25,134 bases of DNA from a virus (IMGVR_UViG_3300025944_000008); one strand, 5' to 3'. Shown: positions 8,142 through 15,964, counted from the first letter of the stretch. Notes: a model not told the origin generated them from the letters alone. A program made the numbers and translations.

Positions 8142-8452
8142 CAGCCAGCCTCCTCGTCATCACCCTGCTCTCGGCTGGCGCGCTCGACGCCGGCGGCCTG
8201 GATGAGGGACATGCCGATCTTCTCGGCATCATCTATCGACATCCGAATCCCAGTCGCTTCTCCGAAGCCGGGGATGAGCATGACGATCGGCATCTCTTTG
8301 TCAGAGATGATTCCGAAATCTGCGTCGACGAATGGCTGGTTCATCCAGCGAAAGCCTTCTCCATTCTCCCAGTCGCGCTTCTGGGCCTCTTCGGTCTTGC
8401 GCTGTTTGAACTCGTTGAGGTCGGTGGGCTTGTTCTTGTCGTCTTCGCTCAT
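8141..8452 (-). CDS. acidic hypothetical protein, 103 aa
   Basis: Fits the operon; coupled to the downstream gene. Confidence 0.75.
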   Translation of the reverse strand: MSEDDKNKPTDLNEFKQRKTEEAQKRDWENGEGFRWMNQPFVDADFGIISDKEMPIVMLIPGFGEATGIRMSIDDAEKIGMSLIQAAGVERASREQGDDEEAG

Positions 8453-8510
8453 GTCGGATCTCAGTCTACTCCAAAAGCTAAGGAGAGCGAGAGCTCTCCA
8501 GGTAGGATTT

Positions 8511-8708
8511 TTACTGATCGCGAGGAGTTAGGGTCCCGATCCAGACCCCAATCCACATGAGGATGACGAGGATGAAGGGCAGGCCAACGACCACGCCGAC
8601 GGAGACGTGAGTGGGCCCCAGGCAGGCTCGGATGGCATACGTCCCTAGCATGCTCGCCAGGGTGATGATGGACCCTCGAAAGATCCACATCATGACCGAC
8701 GAGCTCAT
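8511..8708 (-). CDS. small two-TM membrane protein, 65 aa
   Basis: Two hydrophobic stretches; ATGA overlap. Confidence 0.7.
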   Translation of the reverse strand: MSSSVMMWIFRGSIITLASMLGTYAIRACLGPTHVSVGVVVGLPFILVILMWIGVWIGTLTPRDQ

Positions 8709-8920
8709 TTGAGGTAGTCCGGCAGCGGCATCTTGTGGCGAGCATGGAACTCGTCCAAGAGCTGCTTCCCGGTGACCTGGCCGCGCCCCATGACGTTGAA
8801 GATCACGGTCTCCGCTGCCGGGCAGTCGCAGGGGAAGTCGTTGTTTCCAGTGTCAATGACGCCGGTGTCATCGCATCTCTCGCACTTCGGCGCTCCGCTC
8901 GAGCGTTTATCCTTTTCCAA
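8705..8920 (-). CDS. small zinc-binding protein, 71 aa (TTG start)
   Basis: CERCDDTG...CDC; stop overlaps the next ATG. Confidence 0.65.
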   Translation of the reverse strand: MEKDKRSSGAPKCERCDDTGVIDTGNNDFPCDCPAAETVIFNVMGRGQVTGKQLLDEFHARHKMPLPDYLK

Positions 8921-9042
8921 TTCTTCCTTCCTCTCGCCACGTGTGTTGAGTTGCAGCCAGCGTTCGGAGTGTGGCTCTCGTACGTCGGGCCGTTGTCCTG
9001 GTGCCGTTTACTTCCCCGTCTGTGGTTGACTTTCTGGCTCAT
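8803..9042 (-). CDS. basic Arg-rich protein, 79 aa
   Basis: ATGA coupling to 9039..9266; overlaps 8705..8920 by 118 nt. Confidence 0.5.
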   Translation of the reverse strand: MSQKVNHRRGSKRHQDNGPTYESHTPNAGCNSTHVARGRKNWKRINARAERRSARDAMTPASLTLETTTSPATARQRRP

Positions 9043-9266
9043 CGTGATTTGGAGGTGCAGGTGTCGAAGTGGCAGGTGTGAAGGTCTCGATGAAGTCGAA
9101 GATCGTCTTGCGTCGCCCTCTTCGCCTTGCCGTTGATCAAGACGTAGGCCTTGTTCTGGGCCAGGACGTCTGCTGAGCGACGCAGGGGGCGCTCGTCGAA
9201 CGGAACCGCTTTGCCGTCCCGGTCGGCCCAGACGATGTCGAATTCACAGTCCCTGCACTGCGCCAT
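9039..9266 (-). CDS. zinc-finger protein, 75 aa
   Basis: CRDC...GK.VP.D...HTCHFDTC, a common phage small Zn-binding pattern. Confidence 0.8.
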   Translation of the reverse strand: MAQCRDCEFDIVWADRDGKAVPFDERPLRRSADVLAQNKAYVLINGKAKRATQDDLRLHRDLHTCHFDTCTSKSR

Positions 9267-9621
9267 CTTCCGCCTTCTTCCTGGTGGGCATTCTTTTCCA
9301 CCAGTCTACGCCCTCTTGAGGCACGGATGAATAGCCCCAGAAGGTCTCACCGTCTTCCGTAGGCACAGCCGGTACCAACCACCCGATCTGGTCGCTTCGA
9401 AGCCCGGTTGTCGGGCTCTCGTGCTTGCCGTCATCGTCCACGACGAGGTTCTTCGTCGATTCTCGAGACTTACAAGCGCAGTCTGCGCAGAGCAGCTCGA
9501 TGTAGTCGGCCATCGTCTGGTACTGGCGCCAGAGCTTCACACCGAAAGCCCTGCACTTGGCGCAGCAGTATGACCGCGGAGGCTCGCCGGCGTAGTCCAC
9601 CGGCCCCAACGACTCGCTCAT
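9244..9621 (-). CDS. Zn-binding, Trp-rich hypothetical protein, 125 aa
   Basis: GAGGAGG SD; CAKC..GVKLWR, CADC, DQIGWLVPAVP, FWGYSSVP..G..WW. Confidence 0.85.
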   Translation of the reverse strand: MSESLGPVDYAGEPPRSYCCAKCRAFGVKLWRQYQTMADYIELLCADCACKSRESTKNLVVDDDGKHESPTTGLRSDQIGWLVPAVPTEDGETFWGYSSVPQEGVDWWKRMPTRKKAEDGAVQGL

Positions 9622-9854
9622 TTTGCAGCCCTCCTCTTGCTCAGCGCAAAGGTTTCGCGAAACAGGAGCAGGTTGCGCATGAAGAGGGCGCGCTGCTCCA
9701 TGACCTCTTTGAAGACCTCCGGGCCCTCGTTGCTTGCAAGCTCGAGCAGCCTCCGACTCGCGATTGACCCGGGCAGCGAGCGAACATCGATCTGAGCCGC
9801 CATGATGAGGCACTCGATGACGAGCCGGTTTGCCACCTTCTGCCAGTAGCTCAT
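9618..9854 (-). CDS. hypothetical protein, about 78 aa (start uncertain)
   Basis: Fills the operon gap; ATGA overlap with the next gene; weak SD. Confidence 0.55.
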   Translation of the reverse strand: MSYWQKVANRLVIECLIMAAQIDVRSLPGSIASRRLLELASNEGPEVFKEVMEQRALFMRNLLLFRETFALSKRRAAK

Positions 9855-9897
9855 TGGCTTGCCGTTGAACTTCCTCGGCACCTTGCCCAAGAAGAAG

Positions 9898-10161
9898 TCA
9901 GTTGTCGCACGTGCAGAACTGCTGGAAGCGGCACTGCTGGTCATGGTGAATTTCGACCCAGCGTCTTTTCTTTGCGTCCCAGAACTGCTTCTTGATGTGG
10001 GCCGCGACGTGGATCGGCTGCCAGGTGTACTTGATCTTCGCGCCGCACGAGCACTTGACGACGAAGAGGAAGTCTTCGAGTTCGAACGAGATGAGCTCAT
10101 GGTCTTTGTGCTCCGGCAGACGGGCTAGGACTTTTGCCTTCTCCTCGTCACTGAGGATCAT
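9898..10161 (-). CDS. Cys/His-containing hypothetical protein, 87 aa
   Basis: ATGA overlap; H...CSCG pattern. Confidence 0.75.
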   Translation of the reverse strand: MILSDEEKAKVLARLPEHKDHELISFELEDFLFVVKCSCGAKIKYTWQPIHVAAHIKKQFWDAKKRRWVEIHHDQQCRFQQFCTCDN

Positions 10162-10604
10162 CGCTCGGCAGAGCCCTCCGACACCGCCTCTTTCATCAGC
10201 GCTCTCGAGTAGTCGCAGAATTCTCCGTAGAGACGAGAGGGGAGATCGATGAGCGACATCTTGTCCGCGTCGGCGATGCTGATGCGATAGATCGAGTTCG
10301 TGACGACGTGGGACGCCGACCAGCCCCAGGACACCGCCTGTTTGGAGTAGTACTCCCGATGTCGCTGCAGGTTCGCGACGAACTGCGGAGCCTCGGGCAG
10401 ATACTCCTTGCGGAATTCTTCGCCGGAGAGCTTGCAGGCCTTCTGCACCGACTCCGCTGTCACTCCTGCGACCAGCGCCTCTTCCAAAATCTGTCCGAAT
10501 GCGTCGGCCTTACTGCGGCACTCCTCGGCCTTCTTCGACAGTGCCTCGATCATCTCGGTCCCGGGAACGTCGAACACCAATTCCGTCACGATCGTCTTGT
10601 CCAT
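10158..10604 (-). CDS. helical hypothetical protein, 148 aa
   Basis: GAGGAG SD 6 nt before ATG 10604; downstream of the motif at 10639-10648. Confidence 0.8.
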   Translation of the reverse strand: MDKTIVTELVFDVPGTEMIEALSKKAEECRSKADAFGQILEEALVAGVTAESVQKACKLSGEEFRKEYLPEAPQFVANLQRHREYYSKQAVSWGWSASHVVTNSIYRISIADADKMSLIDLPSRLYGEFCDYSRALMKEAVSEGSAER

Positions 10605-10638
10605 GGTCATCTCCTCAAGTAAGAAAAGCGTCTCGATA

Positions 10639-10648
10639 CTCTTATCAC
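10639..10648 (-). promoter_or_regulatory. GATAAGA motif (GTGATAAGAG)
   Basis: Heads the 10604-to-5970 minus operon. Confidence 0.65.
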
Positions 10649-10673
10649 AAGATCCCAAGAAAAATCTCTTCGC

Positions 10674-10683
10674 GGAGATAAGG
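10674..10683 (+). promoter_or_regulatory. GATAAG motif (GGAGATAAGG)
   Basis: 28 nt before ATG 10702. Confidence 0.65.
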
Positions 10684-10701
10684 AAAGCACGGAGGTTCAC
10701 A

Positions 10702-11331
10702 ATGCTTTCCAATGAACAGAAATTCGCCGAGTACTACAAACGCCTCGAGGAAACCAACGAAAAATTCTTGTCGGCCGATCCGCCCACCAAGCGAGTCATG
10801 CTCGCGCAGGACGTTCTGCTGCAACTCAAGCTCGAGAAGTTCCACCCGGCGAGCAACTACTACAGCCCCATCATCGATGGACTCGCCTACTGCAGCCCGT
10901 TCAACTTCATCGAGAACCACATCGGCAAAGATCTCCGAGACGCGCTGCGCGTGGCTCCCGCCTGCCACGTGTGCAACATCGGTTCGCTGTTCATCTCCGC
11001 CGTCGAGAGGCTCGACAAAATCGCCGTGGACACCGTCCTCTCCTCTTCCAGGGTCAGAGGGAAGATGGTCGAATACCTCGCCCGACTCGAGCTCTTCTCG
11101 GAGGAGGAATTGGAGATCCTCGAGGATTTCTTCGAGCTCAATAGCCCGTTCCTCGACCACCCACTCTACGACGCGATGGGGTGGGAGGACGTCACCAAGT
11201 ACAATCGCATGAAGCGGTCGGCCGAGGTGATCATCGCAACCGAGGGCAAGGTGAAGATGACGCTCGAGCTCCTCGCCAAAGAGCTTCCGCTGCCGGAAGA
11301 GGGCCAGGATCTGTACGACTCGCGCGACTAG
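10702..11331 (+). CDS. hypothetical protein, 209 aa, paralog A (CxxC)
   Basis: GGAGG SD; KRVMLAQDVLLQL and CHVCNIGSLF; aligns with 13557..14195. Confidence 0.9.
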   Translation: MLSNEQKFAEYYKRLEETNEKFLSADPPTKRVMLAQDVLLQLKLEKFHPASNYYSPIIDGLAYCSPFNFIENHIGKDLRDALRVAPACHVCNIGSLFISAVERLDKIAVDTVLSSSRVRGKMVEYLARLELFSEEELEILEDFFELNSPFLDHPLYDAMGWEDVTKYNRMKRSAEVIIATEGKVKMTLELLAKELPLPEEGQDLYDSRD

Positions 11332-11337
11332 AAGCAC

Positions 11338-11386
11338 AAGAGGGGCCCACTCCCCTCTTTTTAGCTAAGAAGAGCCCGAAGGCTCT
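11338..11386. terminator. two head-to-head family hairpins sharing a central TTAGCTAA
   Basis: AAGAGGGG-CCCACT-CCCCTCTT-TTTAGCTAAGA-AGAGCC-CGAA-GGCTCT between convergent genes. Confidence 0.85.
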
Positions 11387-11391
11387 CCAGT

Positions 11392-11490
11392 TCATTTGTC
11401 ACGTAGGAGTCTATAGACGATGTACAGCGGGTTCGCCCAGAGCAGGCAGCTCCAGAGGAAGATGGCGAAGTCGACTAGGCAAAGAAGCAC
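11392..11490 (-). CDS. possible 32-aa hydrophobic peptide (MLLCLVDFAIFLWSCLLWANPLYIVYRLLRDK)
   Basis: GTG with GAGGAAG upstream; stops just before the terminator. Confidence 0.4.
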   Translation of the reverse strand: MLLCLVDFAIFLWSCLLWANPLYIVYRLLRDK

Positions 11491-11798
11491 AGCCCCGCTT
11501 CCTCGCTGTATCTGAGACCGCAGCGATGCAGATCGTTGATGAGCTCCTGGGTTGCCAACGTGGCCAGCTCCCACGGCTGCACCGAGAGGTAGTACTCGTC
11601 GTGGATGGCACCGGCGATGAGGTCCTTGTTGTCGTGGAAGAGCTTCTCGAGCGTCATGAGGGCGTGCATGTCCGGCCGGTTGCTCAGCCGCTCGGTGACG
11701 CGCTCGAACTTCAAGTACTCTCCATTCGCCGCCTCAAACATCGCCTTGAGCTTCTCTTCCAGCTCTTCTCGCCTCTTGTAGTCCGGTCGCTCGCTCAT
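11475..11798 (-). CDS. phage-type hypothetical protein, 107 aa
   Basis: ATGA overlap; RPDMHA...HDEYY...L.RCGLRY pattern. Confidence 0.8.
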   Translation of the reverse strand: MSERPDYKRREELEEKLKAMFEAANGEYLKFERVTERLSNRPDMHALMTLEKLFHDNKDLIAGAIHDEYYLSVQPWELATLATQELINDLHRCGLRYSEEAGLCFFA

Positions 11799-12106
11799 TC
11801 GAAGAACTCCCTCGAGGGCTTGACGCCCTTGATGCTGAGACCATCGATCGCCTTGTAGAAGAGCTCGTCGTGTTCCGGCAGTAGCTCCTCGATCGCCGCC
11901 CGCACCGCCTTCAGGTCGCCGAGCGCCTTCACCACGGCGCGCCCACCGAAGAAGTGCCAGTCGACCGGCTGCCCGCTCTTCTCCGCCACCTTCTTGACCC
12001 ACTGCTCCATCGCATTGGAGGGGATCGACCAGGTGAGGAAGACGGGCTCGCCGTCGTCGAAGATGTCCTGCTGGCAGGGGGCGGGATCTGGTCCGTCAGT
12101 AGCCAC
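11795..12106 (-). CDS. hypothetical protein, 103 aa
   Basis: GGAGG SD + GTG; VDWHFFGGRAVV motif. Confidence 0.8.
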   Translation of the reverse strand: MATDGPDPAPCQQDIFDDGEPVFLTWSIPSNAMEQWVKKVAEKSGQPVDWHFFGGRAVVKALGDLKAVRAAIEELLPEHDELFYKAIDGLSIKGVKPSREFFE

Positions 12107-12428
12107 GGGGCACCTCCATCGACTTGAGCTCGTACTCGACCAGCACCGTACCGTCGGTGCCGACGACGAGCATCTTGTTTCCCTTGAACTGGATGTCGTT
12201 GCCCATCGCCTCCTGGACGTACTGATTCAGCAGCTCGGCGAGAGCCTGGCGGATCTGGACCTCCTTGGGTGCTTGCGTTCCTCGCTTCACGGGCGCCGCG
12301 CAGATCGCGTCGACGATCACCAGAACTCGGTCGAGAATCGTGACGGTGTAGCGGGTGTACGTCTGATTGAGGCTGGTCTTGAAGTCTTCGATGAGCTTCT
12401 GCTTCGTCTGCTCGTCGAGCAAACTCAT
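12096..12428 (-). CDS. hypothetical protein, 110 aa
   Basis: GGAGGTG SD directly after the GATAAGA motif. Confidence 0.85.
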   Translation of the reverse strand: MSLLDEQTKQKLIEDFKTSLNQTYTRYTVTILDRVLVIVDAICAAPVKRGTQAPKEVQIRQALAELLNQYVQEAMGNDIQFKGNKMLVVGTDGTVLVEYELKSMEVPRGY

Positions 12429-12443
12429 GTGTCACCTCCGCCT

Positions 12444-12453
12444 TCTTATCTCC
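12444..12453 (-). promoter_or_regulatory. GATAAGA motif (GGAGATAAGA)
   Basis: 25 nt before ATG 12428. Confidence 0.7.
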
Positions 12454-12467
12454 TTTCTGTCCAACGC

Positions 12468-12839
12468 TTATTTTTGGCTCTTATTAGCCGATAAGGCTTC
12501 GACCTCTCGTATGAGCTGGCGACTCATCCACCACGGGCAGTCGGCCCCGTGCCCGTCCGGTATCTCGCCGTCGCACAGAGCGCAGACAACGACGGTCGTC
12601 TGCTTGCCGTCCACCCAGATCTGCCTCTCGTAGAGCGGATCTGATGTCGCCAGGGCGGCGATGACCAGCTCCATCTTCTCTACTCGGGCGACGATCTCCT
12701 CCGTGTCTCTGAGCGCGTCCTCTCCAGCGTTGAGTACCTTGGCGAATCCGACCGCGTCCTCGACGTCGATGAAGTGCGCGAAGACCTTCCACTCGAGAAG
12801 CGCCTCGCGCATGGCTGCGAACTTGGCCTTGATGCTCAC
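12468..12839 (-). CDS. hypothetical protein, 123 aa, with C-terminal CALC..H..C
   Basis: GGAGG SD; GTGA overlap; shorter than the 250-aa track ORF. Confidence 0.75.
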   Translation of the reverse strand: MSIKAKFAAMREALLEWKVFAHFIDVEDAVGFAKVLNAGEDALRDTEEIVARVEKMELVIAALATSDPLYERQIWVDGKQTTVVVCALCDGEIPDGHGADCPWWMSRQLIREVEALSANKSQK

Positions 12840-13045
12840 GGTGCCTCCTTCAGGACCAGCGGCTGCCACGAGCCACGCCGGCACACCATGATATCGCGAG
12901 ACCACCTGTTCGCGGCCTTCAGCTTCACGTGCCCCTCGAGCTCGGGAGTGCAGTCTGGCAGCCTTTGAAGCAGGGCTAGTAGGGCGATCAGGAGCATGAC
13001 GACGATGAAGACTGCGAACTTGACGGTGCTGCTTCGATCTTTCAT
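12836..13045 (-). CDS. membrane-anchored small protein, 69 aa
   Basis: N-terminal hydrophobic helix and a Cys pair; ATGA overlap. Confidence 0.75.
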   Translation of the reverse strand: MKDRSSTVKFAVFIVVMLLIALLALLQRLPDCTPELEGHVKLKAANRWSRDIMVCRRGSWQPLVLKEAP

Positions 13046-13473
13046 GGCCCCTCACATGGGCAACGATCACCAATCGGCTCCGTGGACACGCCGCACTCGA
13101 CACCGCCGTGCTTACTGTGCTGGCAGATCTTGCAGAGGTCGGAGCTCTTGTACCTGAAAGCGAGGGCGTCAGTGATCTTGTCGCGTGTAACCGGCAGCAG
13201 CCCTCGATCTGAGAGTGCAAAGTTGAGCGCCTGACGCATCATCCCGCACATGGCGAACGCCTCTCTCCACTTCTCCTCCATCGCGACCAACTGCGATCGA
13301 GCCCCCTTGTGTAGAGAGACCTCTTTCTCGTTCTCCGCTCGAGCTTTGACCAGCTCCTCCTCCAATCCCTCGATGTACTCGTCCAGCTCCCGGACGGCGG
13401 GCTTCAGCTTCCCGTTCTCGTAGGGTGTTCCATCGATGACAGCGAGAATCAGATCTCGCGCCTTGTTGGCCAA
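13042..13473 (-). CDS. coiled-coil protein with C-terminal Cys/His cluster, 143 aa
   Basis: GGAGGTG SD + TTG; CKICQH..H...C..CPC. Confidence 0.8.
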   Translation of the reverse strand: MANKARDLILAVIDGTPYENGKLKPAVRELDEYIEGLEEELVKARAENEKEVSLHKGARSQLVAMEEKWREAFAMCGMMRQALNFALSDRGLLPVTRDKITDALAFRYKSSDLCKICQHSKHGGVECGVSTEPIGDRCPCEGP

Positions 13474-13488
13474 GAATCACCTCCAGCT

Positions 13489-13497
13489 TCTTGTACC
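13489..13497 (-). promoter_or_regulatory. motif variant (GGTACAAGA)
   Basis: Same position relative to the SD as the canonical copies. Confidence 0.45.
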
Positions 13498-13526
13498 AGA
13501 AAATCCCAAGAAAAAATTTCAGGCCA

Positions 13527-13536
13527 GGAGATAAGA
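13527..13536 (+). promoter_or_regulatory. GATAAGA motif (GGAGATAAGA)
   Basis: 30 nt before ATG 13557. Confidence 0.7.
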
Positions 13537-13556
13537 GACGAACAGGAGGAAATTCC

Positions 13557-14195
13557 ATGTATCTCTCCGAGGAAGACGAGAAGAAGGTTCTCGACGCCAT
13601 CAGCCGCCGCATTGAGGAAACGAACGCCAGGTTCGAAGCCGCGGACAAGTCCACCAGGCGTGTCATGCTGGCGAAGGACGTGCTGCTACAGCTCGTCAAC
13701 CGGCGCATGCTCGCCGAGAGCACCTACTTCCACCCGCTCGCCGAAAATTTCTGGCAGTCCGATTGCCAGATCCGCGACCGCCTGAAGGCGATGCCCTCGT
13801 GCCGCGTCTGCGGCATCGGCTCGCTGTTCGTGGCGGCTGTGGAGCGGCTCAACAAGATCACGTGCTCAGAGTTCGCAACGGGCGAATACGAGTACGGCGA
13901 GCGGAAGACGATGATCAGGTATATCGAAGGGCTCGACCTCTTCAGCGCCGACGAACTCGATCAGATCGAGTGGTTCTTCGAGTGCATGCGCGACTACCAG
14001 AGCTCCAGATTCGCCGAGCTGCGGAAGAAGTGGGGGTCCAGCGAGCGCAGCCATCGACTGCGCCGAATCATGGAGGTGATCATCAAGACAGAAGGCAGGA
14101 AGGTGATCACGCTCGATCTCCTGATGCGCGATCTGCCAACAAGGGAGTTCGACCCAGAGCCGATCGTGAGCACCCCGCTCACCGCAGAGGAGTAA
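13557..14195 (+). CDS. hypothetical protein, 212 aa, paralog B (CxxC)
   Basis: AGGAGG SD; RRVMLAKDVLLQL and CRVCGIGSLF; aligns with 10702..11331. Confidence 0.9.
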   Translation: MYLSEEDEKKVLDAISRRIEETNARFEAADKSTRRVMLAKDVLLQLVNRRMLAESTYFHPLAENFWQSDCQIRDRLKAMPSCRVCGIGSLFVAAVERLNKITCSEFATGEYEYGERKTMIRYIEGLDLFSADELDQIEWFFECMRDYQSSRFAELRKKWGSSERSHRLRRIMEVIIKTEGRKVITLDLLMRDLPTREFDPEPIVSTPLTAEE

Positions 14196-14199
14196 TAAA

Positions 14200-14228
14200 A
14201 AGAAGAGGGACGTCCCTCTTCTTAGCTA
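14200..14228. terminator. perfect 24-bp palindrome AAGAAGAGGGACGTCCCTCTTCTT followed by AGCTA
   Basis: Lies between convergent stops at 14195 and 14234. Confidence 0.85.
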
Positions 14229-14233
14229 TCAGG

Positions 14234-14482
14234 CTAGTAGCGATCGGACACCATCAAAAGAGCGTGGGTGTCCTCGCCATCTATCTTCAGGACGGTTCGC
14301 TTGCTGGTGACCGGAAGGTCACCAACATTCATCAGCTTCTTGAGCGCTTTCCACTCGATCTCGCTCAGAGACACAGAACCCTGGAACGTCTCCTCCCCAG
14401 TATCCCTCGCCAGGAAGAGCTTCACGTCTAGTAAGCCACCTGCAGACTTGGACGGGCTCGCCCTGTAGATGAAGCGCAACAT
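14234..14482 (-). CDS. hypothetical protein, 82 aa
   Basis: GGAGG SD 5 nt before ATG 14482; has its own promoter motif. Confidence 0.8.
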   Translation of the reverse strand: MLRFIYRASPSKSAGGLLDVKLFLARDTGEETFQGSVSLSEIEWKALKKLMNVGDLPVTSKRTVLKIDGEDTHALLMVSDRY

Positions 14483-14496
14483 CGTCACCTCCAGGC

Positions 14497-14506
14497 TCTT
14501 ATCCCC
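14497..14506 (-). promoter_or_regulatory. GATAAGA motif (GGGGATAAGA)
   Basis: 24 nt before ATG 14482. Confidence 0.7.
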
Positions 14507-14509
14507 GAG

Positions 14510-14845
14510 TTAGAGCGCCATCCACGCAGCAGGCACGTGGAGATCGCGGGCGGGTCTCGGATCCAGAACTAGAACTGCATTCTCCAGAATGACTGAGTCG
14601 GAGGGGTTCTTCGCGCTGTAGACGATAGCGACTCTCTGCAAGGCCCACTGTCTCCCGAACACACAGTAGGTCTCCTCGAACAAGTAGTCTGGGAGCTCGT
14701 CCCGAGATACGCAGTAGCCGAGAGCTGGCTGATACAGCATCATACGCCCGCAATACCTCGGCTCATCAGCGCTCGCGTTCGAGCTGTATAGAACTGCGAC
14801 TCCAATCTTCTGCCCATCTGGTCGACTGACGATCTCCTGGCTCAT
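14510..14845 (-). CDS. hypothetical protein, 111 aa
   Basis: GGAG SD; fits the operon. Confidence 0.75.
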   Translation of the reverse strand: MSQEIVSRPDGQKIGVAVLYSSNASADEPRYCGRMMLYQPALGYCVSRDELPDYLFEETYCVFGRQWALQRVAIVYSAKNPSDSVILENAVLVLDPRPARDLHVPAAWMAL

Positions 14846-14849
14846 CGCA

Positions 14850-15290
14850 CTACTCCAGAGTCCACGGAACAGCGTCGCCGACAGCCCAGCCCTTCCCCAT
14901 CCAGTCCTTCGCCGGCGCGTAGGCGCGGAGAATGCCTCCCTGGTGGACGACCATCGGCCTGTCCCCGTGGTCCTCCAGCGACACCGTGCTGACCGCCTCG
15001 TGCATGGCCTCTCGGAGACCGGGCAGTTGCTCAGCCAGCATCCTGTCCACGTCCGACACGCTCCTCGTCCCGTCCTCCCGCACCCGCGTCGCCTCGAAGA
15101 CCAAGCGCATGCGGGCGAAGACGCGGAAGTCGTCGGTCAAGAACCAGTTGCCCAGGAACATGACAGCGGGGAACTTACCTGCTCGTTCTTCGCTCATTCG
15201 TGCACCCAACAGCTTGCAATAGCTGCCCCCGCAGAAGTCGCCAGGTTTCAGAGCCAGACCCTTACACTCTTTGTTACCGCAGGCTTTCAT
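14850..15290 (-). CDS. hypothetical protein, 146 aa, with Cys-rich N-terminus
   Basis: GGAGGAG SD; CGNKEC..C..YC. Confidence 0.8.
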   Translation of the reverse strand: MKACGNKECKGLALKPGDFCGGSYCKLLGARMSEERAGKFPAVMFLGNWFLTDDFRVFARMRLVFEATRVREDGTRSVSDVDRMLAEQLPGLREAMHEAVSTVSLEDHGDRPMVVHQGGILRAYAPAKDWMGKGWAVGDAVPWTLE

Positions 15291-15316
15291 GCGTCTTCTC
15301 CTCCAGAAAAAAAAAT

Positions 15317-15775
15317 TCAGGCCACCTGCTTGATGAGGCCCTTCGGTACGCTGATGCCGAATCCAGCGCGAAGCAGCTCATCAGCGGTCGCCATATCAGG
15401 AAGACGATCGAACTTCAGAACGCACTCCCCGCCAACAAGCCCGAAGAAGACCCCAGCACCAACCACGCCCTGAATCGGCTCGTTCTTCCACAACGCCTTG
15501 AAGACACCAGTCTCTGCGCTCCAGTTGAGCCGCAACCACCGCTTATCCTCGTACCTGACCCGCGGCGCGACAGGAAGCAGGATGCTGTCAGTATCACGCC
15601 TAGGAGGACTCCAGGTGCAGAGCCCTCGGTACTGATCAGCCCTGAACCGATCTTCCCAGCTCAGCAGCGCCCAGGCCCTCTCCACCTGATCTCCCAGCTC
15701 GTCTTTGTCTTCTGAGTCAGAAGCAGTGCTGTACCACCGCTTGTAGAGCTCACCAAACTCCTGCACTGCACTCAT
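15317..15775 (-). CDS. hypothetical protein, 152 aa
   Basis: GGAGGA SD. Confidence 0.8.
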   Translation of the reverse strand: MSAVQEFGELYKRWYSTASDSEDKDELGDQVERAWALLSWEDRFRADQYRGLCTWSPPRRDTDSILLPVAPRVRYEDKRWLRLNWSAETGVFKALWKNEPIQGVVGAGVFFGLVGGECVLKFDRLPDMATADELLRAGFGISVPKGLIKQVA

Positions 15776-15842
15776 CGCTAGTCCTCCAGGAAAAAAATTG
15801 ACGCCCTTCTCGCGCTATCAGCCCCCTGAAAAAATCCCCACC

Positions 15843-15914
15843 CACTGGACTAGGTTCACTCTTTCGCGCTCTCTACGGGGTAGAAAAAAACTGGGGACAC
15901 TGGTCTAGGTTCAC
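15843..15914 (+). repeat. 17-bp direct repeat CACTGG(A/T)CTAGGTTCAC x2
   Basis: Copies at 15843-15859 and 15898-15914, one mismatch, 55-nt period, in a non-coding region rich in A/T tracts. Confidence 0.85.
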
Positions 15915-15964
15915 ACTGTCCCCCCTGTTTTCCGTCTGGCTCCCCTTTGTTTTAGGTCTAGCGA

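Noticed and set aside
10645-11337. Long antisense ORFs such as 10645..11337(-), 4436..5218(-), 2643..3257(-), 6464..7168(+), 17523..18287(-) and 22153..22851(-)
   Set aside because: Shadow frames of GC-rich genes; they lack SD and promoter motifs and conflict with better supported ORFs.
12840-13220. N-terminal extension of the 250-aa track ORF 12468..13220 (similarly 931..1170, 9622..9813, 10408..10701 and 11799..12002)
   Set aside because: The extensions overlap other coupled genes; internal starts with an SD or ATGA coupling fit better.
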